A DNA stretch of 64,000 nt from the IMG/VR virus record IMGVR_UViG_3300042261_000588, positions 79,855-143,854 of that record, one strand, 5' to 3'. Positions within the stretch are counted from its first letter, which is position 1; every line of letters starts with the position of its first letter. The notes beneath the pieces are model-generated. The model saw nothing but the letters and a program-made list of their open reading frames with translations, was not told the origin of the DNA and searched no databases. Made by a program: the position numbers and the translations under genes. This DNA comes from a virus. This document shows positions 49,364 to 59,085 of the stretch, piece after piece.

Positions 49364-49597
49364 ATGATTGACATGAAGAAGAACGCAACCGTGGAAGCCG
49401 TACAGCCCGACTTGTTGGAGTGCCCGTTCTGCGGGCCAGTCGAGATCGTTCACCGGTGGGCTGGCAACGTCGAGATCAAGCACAAGCCTGCGTGCTTTCT
49501 GCACGCGATCACTACACTGCACGGAGCGGCGCACATCGCGGCGTGGAATCGACGATACTCCAACGCCCGGCTTGATCGACAGGAGGAAGTACGATGA
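49364..49597 (+). CDS. Lar-like zinc-ribbon small protein
   Basis: LECPFCG...IAAWNRR. Confidence 0.55.
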   Translation: MIDMKKNATVEAVQPDLLECPFCGPVEIVHRWAGNVEIKHKPACFLHAITTLHGAAHIAAWNRRYSNARLDRQEEVR

Positions 49598-49710
49598 GTG
49601 GATGCAAAGAACACCCGGATGGACAGCGTGGTTGTATGTATTGCGCAGAGGTTGGGTTACTTGAGCGAATTGCCGAGCACCCCCCTGTACGGTCGGAGCC
49701 GTTGTTGTCG
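49558..49710 (+). mobile_element. attC-like site (long)
   Basis: CCAAC...GTTG ends, imperfect inverted repeat with bulged bases. Confidence 0.5.
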
Positions 49711-50116
49711 AACGATCCCGTTCAACAGCCGGGGATCGGACCGCAAGGAGACCGTATGACTGAGACAAACACAACGCGGGCTGCCGGTAGTTCTGCACAG
49801 GCTTGTTGGCCGGATGAGCGTGCCGAGGAATTGAAGGTCTTGCAACAACTGCTGGCGACCATCTCAGGGTTGAATCACGGTAGCGGCTTCGTCGAATCGC
49901 TCCAATGGTGCATCGCGGCTGCAAAATGTCTGCAGCACAGCGACATCGCAGGGTTGAGGTCGAGTTTCATCGACCACCTATTGCGCGACTGCGTTGCGGA
50001 GCGTACGGCCAAACAGCCCGCATAGCTGCGGCTAAAAGAACCTGAAGGCGGACAAGGTTTTGAATGCGTTGAGCGACGAGTGCCTTGCTCAGAGGATGAA
50101 TGGAGTGTAGGTCAAA

Positions 50117-50386
50117 ATGAGTAATAACGTCAAGAGGGTTATCACAGTTGTCAAGGAATCCGACCACAATGGTCGATTTGCTCTGAATGAGTGTCTGGTG
50201 ACAGAAGGGAGCATCTCGCGGACGGCTTACTGGTCTGACGGGACTCTGAAGGTGGAGCAGATGCAGGACAAGCTGATTGCTGAGGGTGCTAATCCAGCCA
50301 CTGTTGAGGAGTTTCGACAAGTCGTCTATGACTATGGTTACGAGAATGGAATGGAAGTGGTTGAGGAGGCTGTGGCGTTGGGATGA
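50117..50386 (+). CDS. hypothetical protein
   Basis: ORF with GGAG RBS. Confidence 0.6.
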   Translation: MSNNVKRVITVVKESDHNGRFALNECLVTEGSISRTAYWSDGTLKVEQMQDKLIAEGANPATVEEFRQVVYDYGYENGMEVVEEAVALG

Positions 50387-50392
50387 CATAAA

Positions 50393-50468
50393 GCACCAAT
50401 AGCTCAGTTGGTAGAGCGGGACCTTCCCAAGGTTCAGGTCGTCGGTTCAAACCCGATTTGGTGCTCCA
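50393..50468 (+). tRNA. tRNA-Gly(CCC)
   Basis: cloverleaf, U73, CCA. Confidence 0.88.
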
Positions 50469-50495
50469 ATAGTTGATGAAAAGAGGAGACAAGCG

Positions 50496-50729
50496 GTGAA
50501 AGTGATTGGATCAACGTGGTTCTCTGAGATGGGCAGCGCAACTCCGATTGGAATCGTTCTAGTCGAGTTTGACAAGGCAGAGCAGCAAGATTTTGGTGCG
50601 TTTGCCCTGGCGGCATATATTGGAACGTCTGCAGGTCTCTCAAAGGAGATGGACGAGGAAAGAATCGTGAAGAATGGTGCGAGGTTTCCTGTTTCTGCTG
50701 CCAAGATGATGATCGGGCGAGGAGTATGA
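50496..50729 (+). CDS. hypothetical protein
   Basis: GAGGAG RBS. Confidence 0.55.
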   Translation: MKVIGSTWFSEMGSATPIGIVLVEFDKAEQQDFGAFALAAYIGTSAGLSKEMDEERIVKNGARFPVSAAKMMIGRGV

Positions 50730-50977
50730 AAAATCGTGGAGTTCGCAGGGATCATGAAAAACGGATTAAGGCCAGAGTCAAGAAGGTCTTAATTTCCAAG
50801 AAGAATTTTTGCAAGTCTGCTTGTGAACCTTCCGAAGCGCCTACGAAGAAGGTGATTGGTCGGCTGGCGGCTGTTCACGGCGCTGCTTGTTCTTGCCAAA
50901 TGTGCGGAAATCCTCGAAGATATGCCAAGGGAAAAGGAAAGATCACGATGCAGGAGCGGAGGTTGAAAGCGATTTGA
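50726..50977 (+). CDS. small basic protein with CSCxMCGNPR motif
   Basis: motif recurrent in phage small proteins. Confidence 0.6.
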   Translation: MKNRGVRRDHEKRIKARVKKVLISKKNFCKSACEPSEAPTKKVIGRLAAVHGAACSCQMCGNPRRYAKGKGKITMQERRLKAI

Positions 50978-51075
50978 CTTACGACATCTACAACCCTGAC
51001 ACCATGTGATTCTGTTTCGGAATGTCGTGAATGACGCCGTTGTAGTCGGTTCAGAAAGGGTATAATGATTTAAGT

Positions 51076-51149
51076 GCGGGTGTAACTCAATGGTAGAGTG
51101 TCAGCCTTCCAAGCTGATTACGAGGGTTCGATTCCCTTCACCCGCTCCA
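51076..51149 (+). tRNA. tRNA-Gly(TCC)
   Basis: cloverleaf, CCA. Confidence 0.93.
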
Positions 51150-51165
51150 ATGATTAATGTGATTT

Positions 51166-51242
51166 GGCCCTATGGCGCAATTGGACAGCGCAGCGGTTTC
51201 CTAAACCGACGGTTGGGGGTTCGATTCCCTCTAGGGCCGCCA
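51166..51242 (+). tRNA. tRNA-Arg(CCT)
   Basis: cloverleaf, CCA. Confidence 0.92.
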
Positions 51243-51252
51243 ACGAAGATAT

Positions 51253-51329
51253 ACCCCCGTAGCTCAGATGTATAGAGCGGAAAATTTCTAATTTTCGGGT
51301 CGCAGGTTAGAGTCCTGCCGGGGGTACCA
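51253..51329 (+). tRNA. tRNA-Arg(TCT)
   Basis: cloverleaf, CCA. Confidence 0.88.
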
Positions 51330-51340
51330 AGATGTTTGAT

Positions 51341-51415
51341 GAGTCTATGGTGTAATGGATAGCACCTTACCCTACGAAGGTAATAGTCTGGGTTCAACTC
51401 CCGGTAGACTCACCA
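51341..51415 (+). tRNA. tRNA-Arg(ACG)
   Basis: cloverleaf, CCA. Confidence 0.9.
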
Positions 51416-51428
51416 GTTTGTAGGAGAT

Positions 51429-51502
51429 TGGCTCGTGGTGTAATTGGCAGCACGTCACGCTCCAGTGAAGGATTGCAGGTTCGATTCCTGCCGAGTCAAC
51501 CA
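51429..51502 (+). tRNA. tRNA-like gene with aberrant anticodon arm (identity undetermined)
   Basis: good acceptor, D and T arms, CCA; TCAC-GCTCCA-GTGA 6-nt loop. Confidence 0.65.
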
Positions 51503-51540
51503 AGTGTTTTCGATATTCAGATCAATGATGTTTTGGAGAT

Positions 51541-51617
51541 TGTCCTCTAGCTCAATTGGACAGAGCACCTGACTTTGACTCAGGTGGTTGGTGGTTCGAA
51601 TCCACCGGGGACAGCCA
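51541..51617 (+). tRNA. tRNA-Gln(TTG)
   Basis: cloverleaf, CCA. Confidence 0.92.
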
Positions 51618-51623
51618 GGAGAA

Positions 51624-52307
51624 ATGGAGTGTATTGTGACGACAGTGATTGGATGCAAGACTTTGGTATTGTCTTCTGACTGGAGGCCGATCAATGTTCT
51701 TCCTGTGTTAATGGCTATTAAGAAGGTCTTCTCTGGACGGGCTAAGTGCTTGGACCCGGAGTCATACCGTATTTATGACTACGAGGATTGGCTGACTGAG
51801 TGGAGCGATGTAGCGAAGGTCGCTCAGTATGCGAAAGATCGTGTCATCTCTTTGGCTGGCACGAATCTGGTATTGCCAGAAGTCATCGTCTGCACGGACT
51901 ATCACGGGTTAGGATTCAAGGTGAATCATCGGCGTAGCCCTAAGTTTAGTCGAAGAAATTTGGTCTTGAGAGACCAAAGCACCTGCCAATTTTGCGGGAA
52001 GAAGTTTCCCGTGCGTGAGTTGACGATGGACCATGTCATTCCTAGATCGAAGGGCGGAGAGGTTTCTTGGACGAATATCGTATGTGCATGTGTGTCTTGT
52101 AATAGACGCAAAGCCGACAAGAGTCTTGCTCAGGCAGGTATGAAGCTGATACGTCGTCCTGTGGCACCGACACACAATGATTTGCGTCTGGACCCTACGG
52201 ATCGGATTCGTATGCAGATCACCAGTCCCGCTCCGAAGACATGGGATGCGTTCCTTGGTGCAACGATAAATACGATGTATTGGAACACCTCGTTAAAGGA
52301 TGATTAA
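51624..52307 (+). CDS. HNH endonuclease
   Basis: RD..CQFCG..TMDHVIPRSKGG..WTNIV.AC..CN..K. Confidence 0.9.
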   Translation: MECIVTTVIGCKTLVLSSDWRPINVLPVLMAIKKVFSGRAKCLDPESYRIYDYEDWLTEWSDVAKVAQYAKDRVISLAGTNLVLPEVIVCTDYHGLGFKVNHRRSPKFSRRNLVLRDQSTCQFCGKKFPVRELTMDHVIPRSKGGEVSWTNIVCACVSCNRRKADKSLAQAGMKLIRRPVAPTHNDLRLDPTDRIRMQITSPAPKTWDAFLGATINTMYWNTSLKDD

Positions 52308-52330
52308 ATGGGAGATTGAAAAATATCCCT

Positions 52331-52356
52331 TATTCTGATCTCCTTTCGGTAATGTA
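52331..52356 (+). promoter_or_regulatory. TATT-N13-GGTAATGTA motif
   Basis: repeated motif. Confidence 0.7.
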
Positions 52357-53176
52357 TGGCTCGTAAGAGGTCAAACAGTTCTAGTCGGAAAGAGGCCAGA
52401 AATGCGGTAAGTAATGAAAACCTTGCGAGGGCAGCGGACGGTAAGCTGTTCTCGTAGAACCCGGAGTAGATGGTAGTCGGTGCTCCGGTGTGGGTCAAAA
52501 AGCCAGTCTACTCGTCTGCCAGACGGTGCTTAGAGCACAGCCAAAGGACTCGGAAGGATGGCCGAAAAAGGGAGTGGGCTGGCGGGTGATACCATGTGCC
52601 TCGAATTGGGTGAGAAGCCCGAAGTCGCTGGCAGGACCAAAGCCGTTGGTCCTGACCTGCGCAAATAGTTACGTGAAATAAAAACAAGGAGAAGTGTGCA
52701 AAAGCAAGATGTTCTGACGGATGTATGGCGTGAGCATACGGAATCCTGTAAGGACCACCATCATAACTGCCTTGGAAAGGACCACTATCATAACTGGCTT
52801 GAAGTGAAGATGGAAAGTAAGGGGAAGCCCAAGCCTGAAATGATGGCTTCGCAGGACACGAAGGATGCAGTGGCTACGAAGAAGATGGAAGAGAAGTTGT
52901 TCGGGCTGCTGCGAAGATGGCGGAGGTTTTGGCTGGCGATGCAGCTCTAATGGATCGATGGGCATTTGAATCGCAAAAAAACCATGGTTTGTCAACTCAT
53001 CTGTGTGCCTTGAAACAATCGTAAAGCAGATAAATCATCAAAGGATTCTGGCATGAAACTGATACGTCGTATGCAGATCGCCAGTCCCGCTCCGAAGACA
53101 TGGAAGGCGTTCCTTGGCTCAACGATAAATACGATGTATTGGGACACAGACCTGAAAAAATCGAAAAATATTTCCT

Positions 53177-53202
53177 AATTCTGACTTGTTTTTGGTAATG
53201 TA
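53177..53202 (+). promoter_or_regulatory. (A)ATT-N13-GGTAATGTA motif
   Basis: repeated motif. Confidence 0.65.
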
Positions 53203-53246
53203 TGATTGTAAGAGGCCAATAAAACAATCCGGGCAAGTAGGTTGAC

Positions 53247-54512
53247 ATGACTAAGATCACCACAGCGGATGTATCCGAGCTGCGTCAAAAGATTGCGGCC
53301 GACGCCTACGCCGCGCACCCCGGCGCGGCGGAGCAGAAATTAGCGTATGAAGACGCTGACTATCAGGATTGGTGTCCAGAGGCTACCGATCCCCGTTTCG
53401 GCGCGATGGCACGCGCCGAGGCGCAGTCTCAAGCGGACTGGGATGCCGCCGTCGAGCGGCTGATTGCCTCCCCTGCATACGCCGCCGCTGTTGCGGAGTT
53501 TGGCCGCGAGGCCGTCCGCGTTCGCATTGCGGGATGGTACGAAGGCAGCGTCGAGGTTGCGGCCACCCTCCGTGCCGAGGAGCAATTTGCGGCAGATCAC
53601 GAGGCGGTCGAGTTCGCCGAAAAGGCCGAGGCCGAGCGGCAGGAAGCCATCGCGGCGGCATGGTCGAATGTCGAAACGCTGGCCCAGCGGGCGAGTCTAC
53701 CCGTTGACCGGTCGAGCATCTACGGATCGACCAGCCGCGCCGAGTGTGGTGAGCACCCGGCCCGCTGGGTGGAGTCCGCCAGCATGTCAGACGACGGATA
53801 CCGGTCCGACGGCGAGGGCGGCCAGTATTACGCTGGCGTATCGCAGTCCGCGCACTCTGTCCGGTCGTCGCGGGTGGAACTCCGCGCAGACTGGCAGGCG
53901 CGGTGGGACGCGGCGCAGGCCAGCAAAGAGACGCTGGTGGCGTTTGTCGCCGCGTTCCGCGACGCCGTTGGTATCACGGCGGCAGAGCAGGCCGCCGAGG
54001 AAGACCGCCGTCGCGTTGCCGCCGACGCGGAGTTGCAGGCCGCCGAGCGCAATGCCGTCAGCGCAATCTGCGACGCGGCGCGGCTGCCAGACACGCGGGG
54101 CCGGAGTCCGGCGACGCGGCGGGAGTCCTCCACGCGGCGAGCCGACTTGGCCGCCGGACAGGCCGCACTCGCCGCCGTTTTGGCGGTTAAGTGCCCGACC
54201 GCTCTTGCCCGCGAGAGCCAAGAGCGCGAGGCCGGTAAACTCCGCGAGTATATCGCGGGGCGCGTGGCCTCAGCCGAACAGGCGGAGCGATGGGAGTCCG
54301 TCGTCGCCAAGTGCGACGACGCAAGCGACGACGACATCCGGGCGCTGATCGCGTCCGACTGGCTGTGGTCGTCCGAAGTCCGGGTGTGGCAGGCCCGGCT
54401 AGACCGTCGCGCCGGAGACCGCGAAGACAAGGCGCGAAAGGAAAAGTCCGAGCAGGCACGGAACGATTTTGGCCGGAGCGCATGGGGCGCACTGGCTGGG
54501 CTGAAACTGTAA
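53247..54512 (+). CDS. Ala-rich hypothetical protein (GC-rich island)
   Basis: long ORF downstream of promoter motif. Confidence 0.7.
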   Translation: MTKITTADVSELRQKIAADAYAAHPGAAEQKLAYEDADYQDWCPEATDPRFGAMARAEAQSQADWDAAVERLIASPAYAAAVAEFGREAVRVRIAGWYEGSVEVAATLRAEEQFAADHEAVEFAEKAEAERQEAIAAAWSNVETLAQRASLPVDRSSIYGSTSRAECGEHPARWVESASMSDDGYRSDGEGGQYYAGVSQSAHSVRSSRVELRADWQARWDAAQASKETLVAFVAAFRDAVGITAAEQAAEEDRRRVAADAELQAAERNAVSAICDAARLPDTRGRSPATRRESSTRRADLAAGQAALAAVLAVKCPTALARESQEREAGKLREYIAGRVASAEQAERWESVVAKCDDASDDDIRALIASDWLWSSEVRVWQARLDRRAGDREDKARKEKSEQARNDFGRSAWGALAGLKL

Positions 54513-54575
54513 CCGACAGTGGGAAATGACATCCAAAACCCGCGCCGGGCGGGAAGACCCGGCAAGGAGAATGAT

Positions 54576-54932
54576 ATGCGCATAATATGGTGCAGCCGAC
54601 ACAAGATTTCGGCCAAACAACTGATCGACCTGTGCCACACTGCGCAGATCGGCGATGACGTTGCAGTCGAAAACCGCAACGTCACATGGGCGGCGACGGC
54701 TGATGCGGCTGCGGACGCGGTGCACAACAGCGCACAATGGGAGGAATTGTATGCCGCAGCAGGGCGTGGCGGCATCATAGCGGGAGTTTTCCCGCCGGTG
54801 GCTCTGGAGACAAGGCGCCCCTTCGGGCAAACGGGTATCCGCCTCGCCTCGTCGGTATCACGGCAGGCGCCGGAACTCAGGGTCGGAGACGGGCCGATCC
54901 CGTTCGTGCACGTCCGCTGGGCGTTGCTGTGA
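54576..54932 (+). CDS. hypothetical protein
   Basis: AAGGAG RBS, MRIIWCSRH. Confidence 0.6.
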   Translation: MRIIWCSRHKISAKQLIDLCHTAQIGDDVAVENRNVTWAATADAAADAVHNSAQWEELYAAAGRGGIIAGVFPPVALETRRPFGQTGIRLASSVSRQAPELRVGDGPIPFVHVRWALL

Positions 54933-55737
54933 TCCACCAAACCCTCGCGTCGGGTGGGAAATCCCGACGGAAAAGCGGCACGATGAAGACGAAATGGCAC
55001 AAAGTCAAACGCGGTGACGGCAAGATCGTTGGTGAAATCCTGTTGGTATGGTGTGAAACGCTGGAGCGTTGGTGCTCGCTGGAAGGTGTCACCAAGTGGC
55101 GGAGCGCGTGAAGCCGAACGACAAAGCTGAGACTTTCGAAAGGAGCGAAGTATGAGAGCGGTCAAGGTAATAATCAACGGGGTGTGCACGGCCACGAAAG
55201 CGATGGAAGATTGGAACGGTTTACGGGACGTATTGGATGAATATTTTGGGATTGCTGGAGCAGAAATTCGTCCTGCGGAGGGGGAGGTGTTTGAAGGGTC
55301 TCGTTGTACTAGGTATGAGTTCAAGAATGGGGCGTGGTGGGTGTGGGTGCGCCCTCCGAAAGCGCTCTGGTGAGCGAGTGCTTACTTGTTTGACAAAACA
55401 AGTACAGGGTTGCGTGTGAGACAAAAGCCCGCGAGGGCAGAGAGAGTGACATGAAGACGACCAAGATCGGCACGACGGCGACGGAGATGACAAGCGACCG
55501 CTACCAGCAGCGGATCATCCGCGCGCAGCCGGGATACCGGCGCGGATCGCGGATGCGCGTGGCGCGGAGAGCAGGGAAAAAGACGTATAGGTTATACGTT
55601 GAGGTCGGCTCCAAGTGGATGGACGGCAGTCTTGAGGACATGCGCTGACAAAACCCCGCGCCGGGCGGTTTCCCGGCACGACCAGCCGCCAAAGGCGGCG
55701 GAGATGACAGCCCAAACGGACAGAAACGAGGGAACGA

Positions 55738-56756
55738 TGGAGCCGTATTACACGATCAGAGAGACGAGAAAAGGCGACTGGATCGTCTTTGATGGGAGGG
55801 GCGAAAACTTCCCGCAAACCCGTGGGGCGCAGGCACATGCGCAGGCGGAGGCGGACAAGATGAACGCAGCCTTTTGCGCTGAGAGCCAGCGCCGCGAGCA
55901 GGCGGCGGAGGCCGAGCGGGCGCGGCTGGCGGAGCGGCCTGACCTGACGCGAAGGTGGGCGGAGATCAGCGCGACGCGCCGCGAGTGGTATGGACTACTC
56001 AGACACCGCGAGGCGGAAGCCGGGAGTTGCGAAAGAGCGCTTATGAGGGGAATGGCCCACTTGGCCGCGCAGACGGAGACGGCGATCGAGGACTGCGAGA
56101 AGATGCGCTCGGTATACTCCACTCTGGAAGACACGCACCACCGGATCGCGGTGGCTTGCAGAGCTGGGCAGTGGGGAGAGGCTGAGCGAGAGATTGAAAG
56201 CGCCGAGGCGTATGTGTCTCGGTGGGCGTGGTCCTGCTATCATGTGCAGGAGGTAGCGCAAAACCAGCGTCGGTCGGTTTCTCTGAACGACCAGCCGCCA
56301 AAGGCGGCGGAGGCCGAGCTGGCGCGGCTGGCGGAGCGTCCTGATTTGACGCTGCGGTGGGTGACTCTCAGCACGACGCTCCGCGAGTGGTACAGACTAC
56401 TCAGGCACCGCGAGGTGTACGCCGGGCGCGTGGAGATGGCTGCGATTATGACGGATAAGGTACACATGGACGGACGCCCCCACAGTCTCGACTTGGTAGC
56501 GCAGGCGGCAGGCGCTCGCAAGGACTGCGCGAAAATGCGCGTGGTCTACCGTCCGCTTAGCGACATGCACGAGCGTATCGCGGTGGCTTGCCGCGCCGGG
56601 CAGTGGGGAGAGGCTGAGCGAGAGATTGTTCGCGCTGAGGAGTATGCGGCGCAATGGGAGTGGTCCTGCTACCATGTGCAGGAGGTAGCGCAAAACCCGC
56701 GCCGGGCGGTTTCCCAGCACGACCAGTCGGAAGTCCCTGCCTTCCTGCCTGTTTGA
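55738..56756 (+). CDS. hypothetical protein with internal tandem duplication
   Basis: two copies of LAERPDLT..IAVACRAGQWGEAEREI..WSCYHVQEVAQN. Confidence 0.65.
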
Positions 56757-56769
56757 GAGAAGGAGCTTC

Positions 56770-56988
56770 GTGATGAACATCTACGAGAAGATTGAAAGGA
56801 TGAGTCAGTCAGAACTACGAGTGGCTGCTGCAAAGATGGCGGAGCTACTGGCTGGCGATGTATCTCAAATGGATCGATGGGCATCTAAATCCGACGTTGA
56901 AGGTTGCTCCACGAGTCAGGGAGCAATCATGAGGTCGAGGGCGATGGTCATTCGGAGAGGGATGTCGTCGGTCGGAATCTGGATTTAA
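56770..56988 (+). CDS. hypothetical protein
   Basis: AAGGAG RBS; partial copy near 52910. Confidence 0.55.
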   Translation: MMNIYEKIERMSQSELRVAAAKMAELLAGDVSQMDRWASKSDVEGCSTSQGAIMRSRAMVIRRGMSSVGIWI

Positions 56989-56991
56989 TCT

Positions 56992-57176
56992 TGGGTGGCG
57001 ATGTGGAAAGCGGGCTTTCTTGGTAGGCGACCCCTAAAAGGTAGCTGGAAACTCGGATGGCCTAGAGACACATGAAACTGAATTGATGGGAGGTTAAGCC
57101 GTGCGTCGGTCTTACCATCAACGGAGGCTCATCAACGCACTGGATGTAGCCAGCAGAGTAGCGATCTGCCCACCCA
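56992..57176 (+). ncRNA. tRNA-scaffold ncRNA family member C
   Basis: TGGGTGG/CCACCCA, ATGTG-GAAAG..AGA-CACAT, GCAGA-GTAGCGA-TCTGC. Confidence 0.6.
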
Positions 57177-57452
57177 TTTAAACAAGGACGAGATAGAAGG
57201 TTAAGCCGTGCGTCGGTCTTACCATTAACGGAGGCTCATCGATAAAGCTCAGTTTCGCGAGGAACGAGCGTAAAACTGGAACGCCTTGTTGGGCGTTCCG
57301 TAAACGAAGAGGAAGACTATGCAATACCCAGAAACCGAACCGATTTGCTCTTGCGATGAATGTGTTTACAAATTCCCAAAGCAAGAGTGGTGCCATAGAC
57401 TTTCAGTAGAGTTGCCGAAGGGTAGGCGTTGTAGCCTTTCTATTCGCAAGAC

Positions 57453-57512
57453 GCCCAACGCCCCGCATCAGGCGCAAGCGGTAGCGAGTCGCCCTGAATG
57501 CGGTTGTTCGCA
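57453..57512 (+). mobile_element. attC-like site
   Basis: GCCCAAC...GTTCGC, CCGCATCAGGCG/CGCCCTGAATGCGG imperfect IR. Confidence 0.6.
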
Positions 57513-58017
57513 GGAGGATCAACGATGAAGTGCCACAAGTGCCAGAAGGAAATGACCATGACGCCGGTGTGCAGCGAGTGCGGCATCATCCCGATTGCAG
57601 ATGCATCGTTTCGGCAACGAGATGACGAAATCAAACGGCTACGATACGCGCTTGAGAAGATAGCCAACTGGACGGGCGGGACTGAGTGTCCAATGGAGAT
57701 TGCACGCAAGGCTCTCTCTGCCAACGCCCGGCTTGACCGGCAGGAGGAAGCGCGATGAAGACGACAGCCAAACAGCGGAAGCATCGCCGCGCTTCCTCCT
57801 GTACTGGTCGAAGCTGTTGTTCGGTTTTTCGTGCGACGTTCAAGGCGACGTTGGCGCATTGCAACCGATGTGGCAGCACGTTCAACAACATCGACGGGTG
57901 CCCGGTGTGCGGCACGGACAGGTATCTGACGCATGACTGCAATTAATAAACCAAACAACGCACTGGATGTAGCCAGCAGAGTAGCGATCTTCCCACCCAT
58001 TTAAACAAGGACGAGAT

Positions 58018-58347
58018 ATGAAAGAAAAAGACCATCCTTTTTACTGCTACAAGACCAACCAGCGCAAGTCGGCATGGAATACGCCGGGCTATCTGACAAA
58101 AACCGACTGGCAACTCGTGGAGAAACTCATTGACGCCTCTGCTGACGAGGAAAAGTTCTTGAAATTCATCTGTGGTTGGTTGACTTGTGATGAGCGGTTT
58201 GCTATCTTCTATCGGATACTGGGTTGGCCCGAAGGAAACACTTATTGTTACGACCCGGAGTATGTGGCCAACACATTCTATCCGGGATTCCTAAAACACA
58301 TTTTGGCGAAGCTTAAAGAGGCATTGGACAAGCATGAGCAAGGGTAA
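58018..58347 (+). CDS. hypothetical protein
   Basis: AAGGA RBS. Confidence 0.6.
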   Translation: MKEKDHPFYCYKTNQRKSAWNTPGYLTKTDWQLVEKLIDASADEEKFLKFICGWLTCDERFAIFYRILGWPEGNTYCYDPEYVANTFYPGFLKHILAKLKEALDKHEQG

Positions 58348-59014
58348 AAATAATGGTATCATAGTTATTGGGGATGTTCATGGTCGTTTCGGAGACATGA
58401 ACACTCTCATCAAAAAGAAGAAGCCGGAGCTTGTATTGGCTTGTGGGGACTTCGGTTATTGGCCCCGGTTTGCGAATCATGTAGATAAGTTCGGGAACAG
58501 AATCAAGATAACTGAACCGAAGGCTGGTAAGGCAAAGATTTACTGGTGTGATGGAAATCATGAGGATCATCATGCTCTGAAGGATGCCCCTCTGGATGGA
58601 CAGCTCTGGACTAACGTCTTCTATCAGCGTCGTGGAAGCACGATCACTCTACCTGATGGCAGAGTCGTGTTGTTTATGGGTGGGGCGGAGTCGGTTGACA
58701 AACAATCTCGAATTGAGGGGAAGACATGGTTTCCCGAGGAGAGCATCACTCAGGCGGATATTGACGCTATCCCTACTGGCAAGATAGACATTGTAATTAG
58801 TCATACCTGTCCGATGGAGTTCGAGATGCAAACGATGTATGGGAATCATCCCGAGAGGGGAAGTCGGATGGCATTGTCAATCATTCTAGAGAAGGTCCAG
58901 CCGAAGGAGTGGTTTTTCGGGCATTGGCATCAGAGGGTGTTCGGCGATTATTACGGCATTCGCTGGACGGCCCTGAATATGCTCATGGAGTCAGGATGTT
59001 GGACTTGGCTGTAA
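58334..59014 (+). CDS. metallophosphoesterase
   Basis: GDVHG, CGDFG, DGNHE, SHTCP, GHWH. Confidence 0.9.
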   Translation: MSKGKNNGIIVIGDVHGRFGDMNTLIKKKKPELVLACGDFGYWPRFANHVDKFGNRIKITEPKAGKAKIYWCDGNHEDHHALKDAPLDGQLWTNVFYQRRGSTITLPDGRVVLFMGGAESVDKQSRIEGKTWFPEESITQADIDAIPTGKIDIVISHTCPMEFEMQTMYGNHPERGSRMALSIILEKVQPKEWFFGHWHQRVFGDYYGIRWTALNMLMESGCWTWL

Positions 59015-59023
59015 AATCTTCCT

Positions 59024-59049
59024 TATTCTGACCTATTTTCGGTAATGTA
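59024..59049 (+). promoter_or_regulatory. TATT-N13-GGTAATGTA motif
   Basis: repeated motif. Confidence 0.7.
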
Positions 59050-59085
59050 TGGGTGTGAGTTAATGTTCAAGAAAGGCGGGATGCT

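Noticed and set aside
53340-55324. Long alternative-frame and antisense ORFs (e.g. 498 aa on minus strand)
   Set aside because: Shadow ORFs caused by high GC; + strand ORFs have RBS and promoter support
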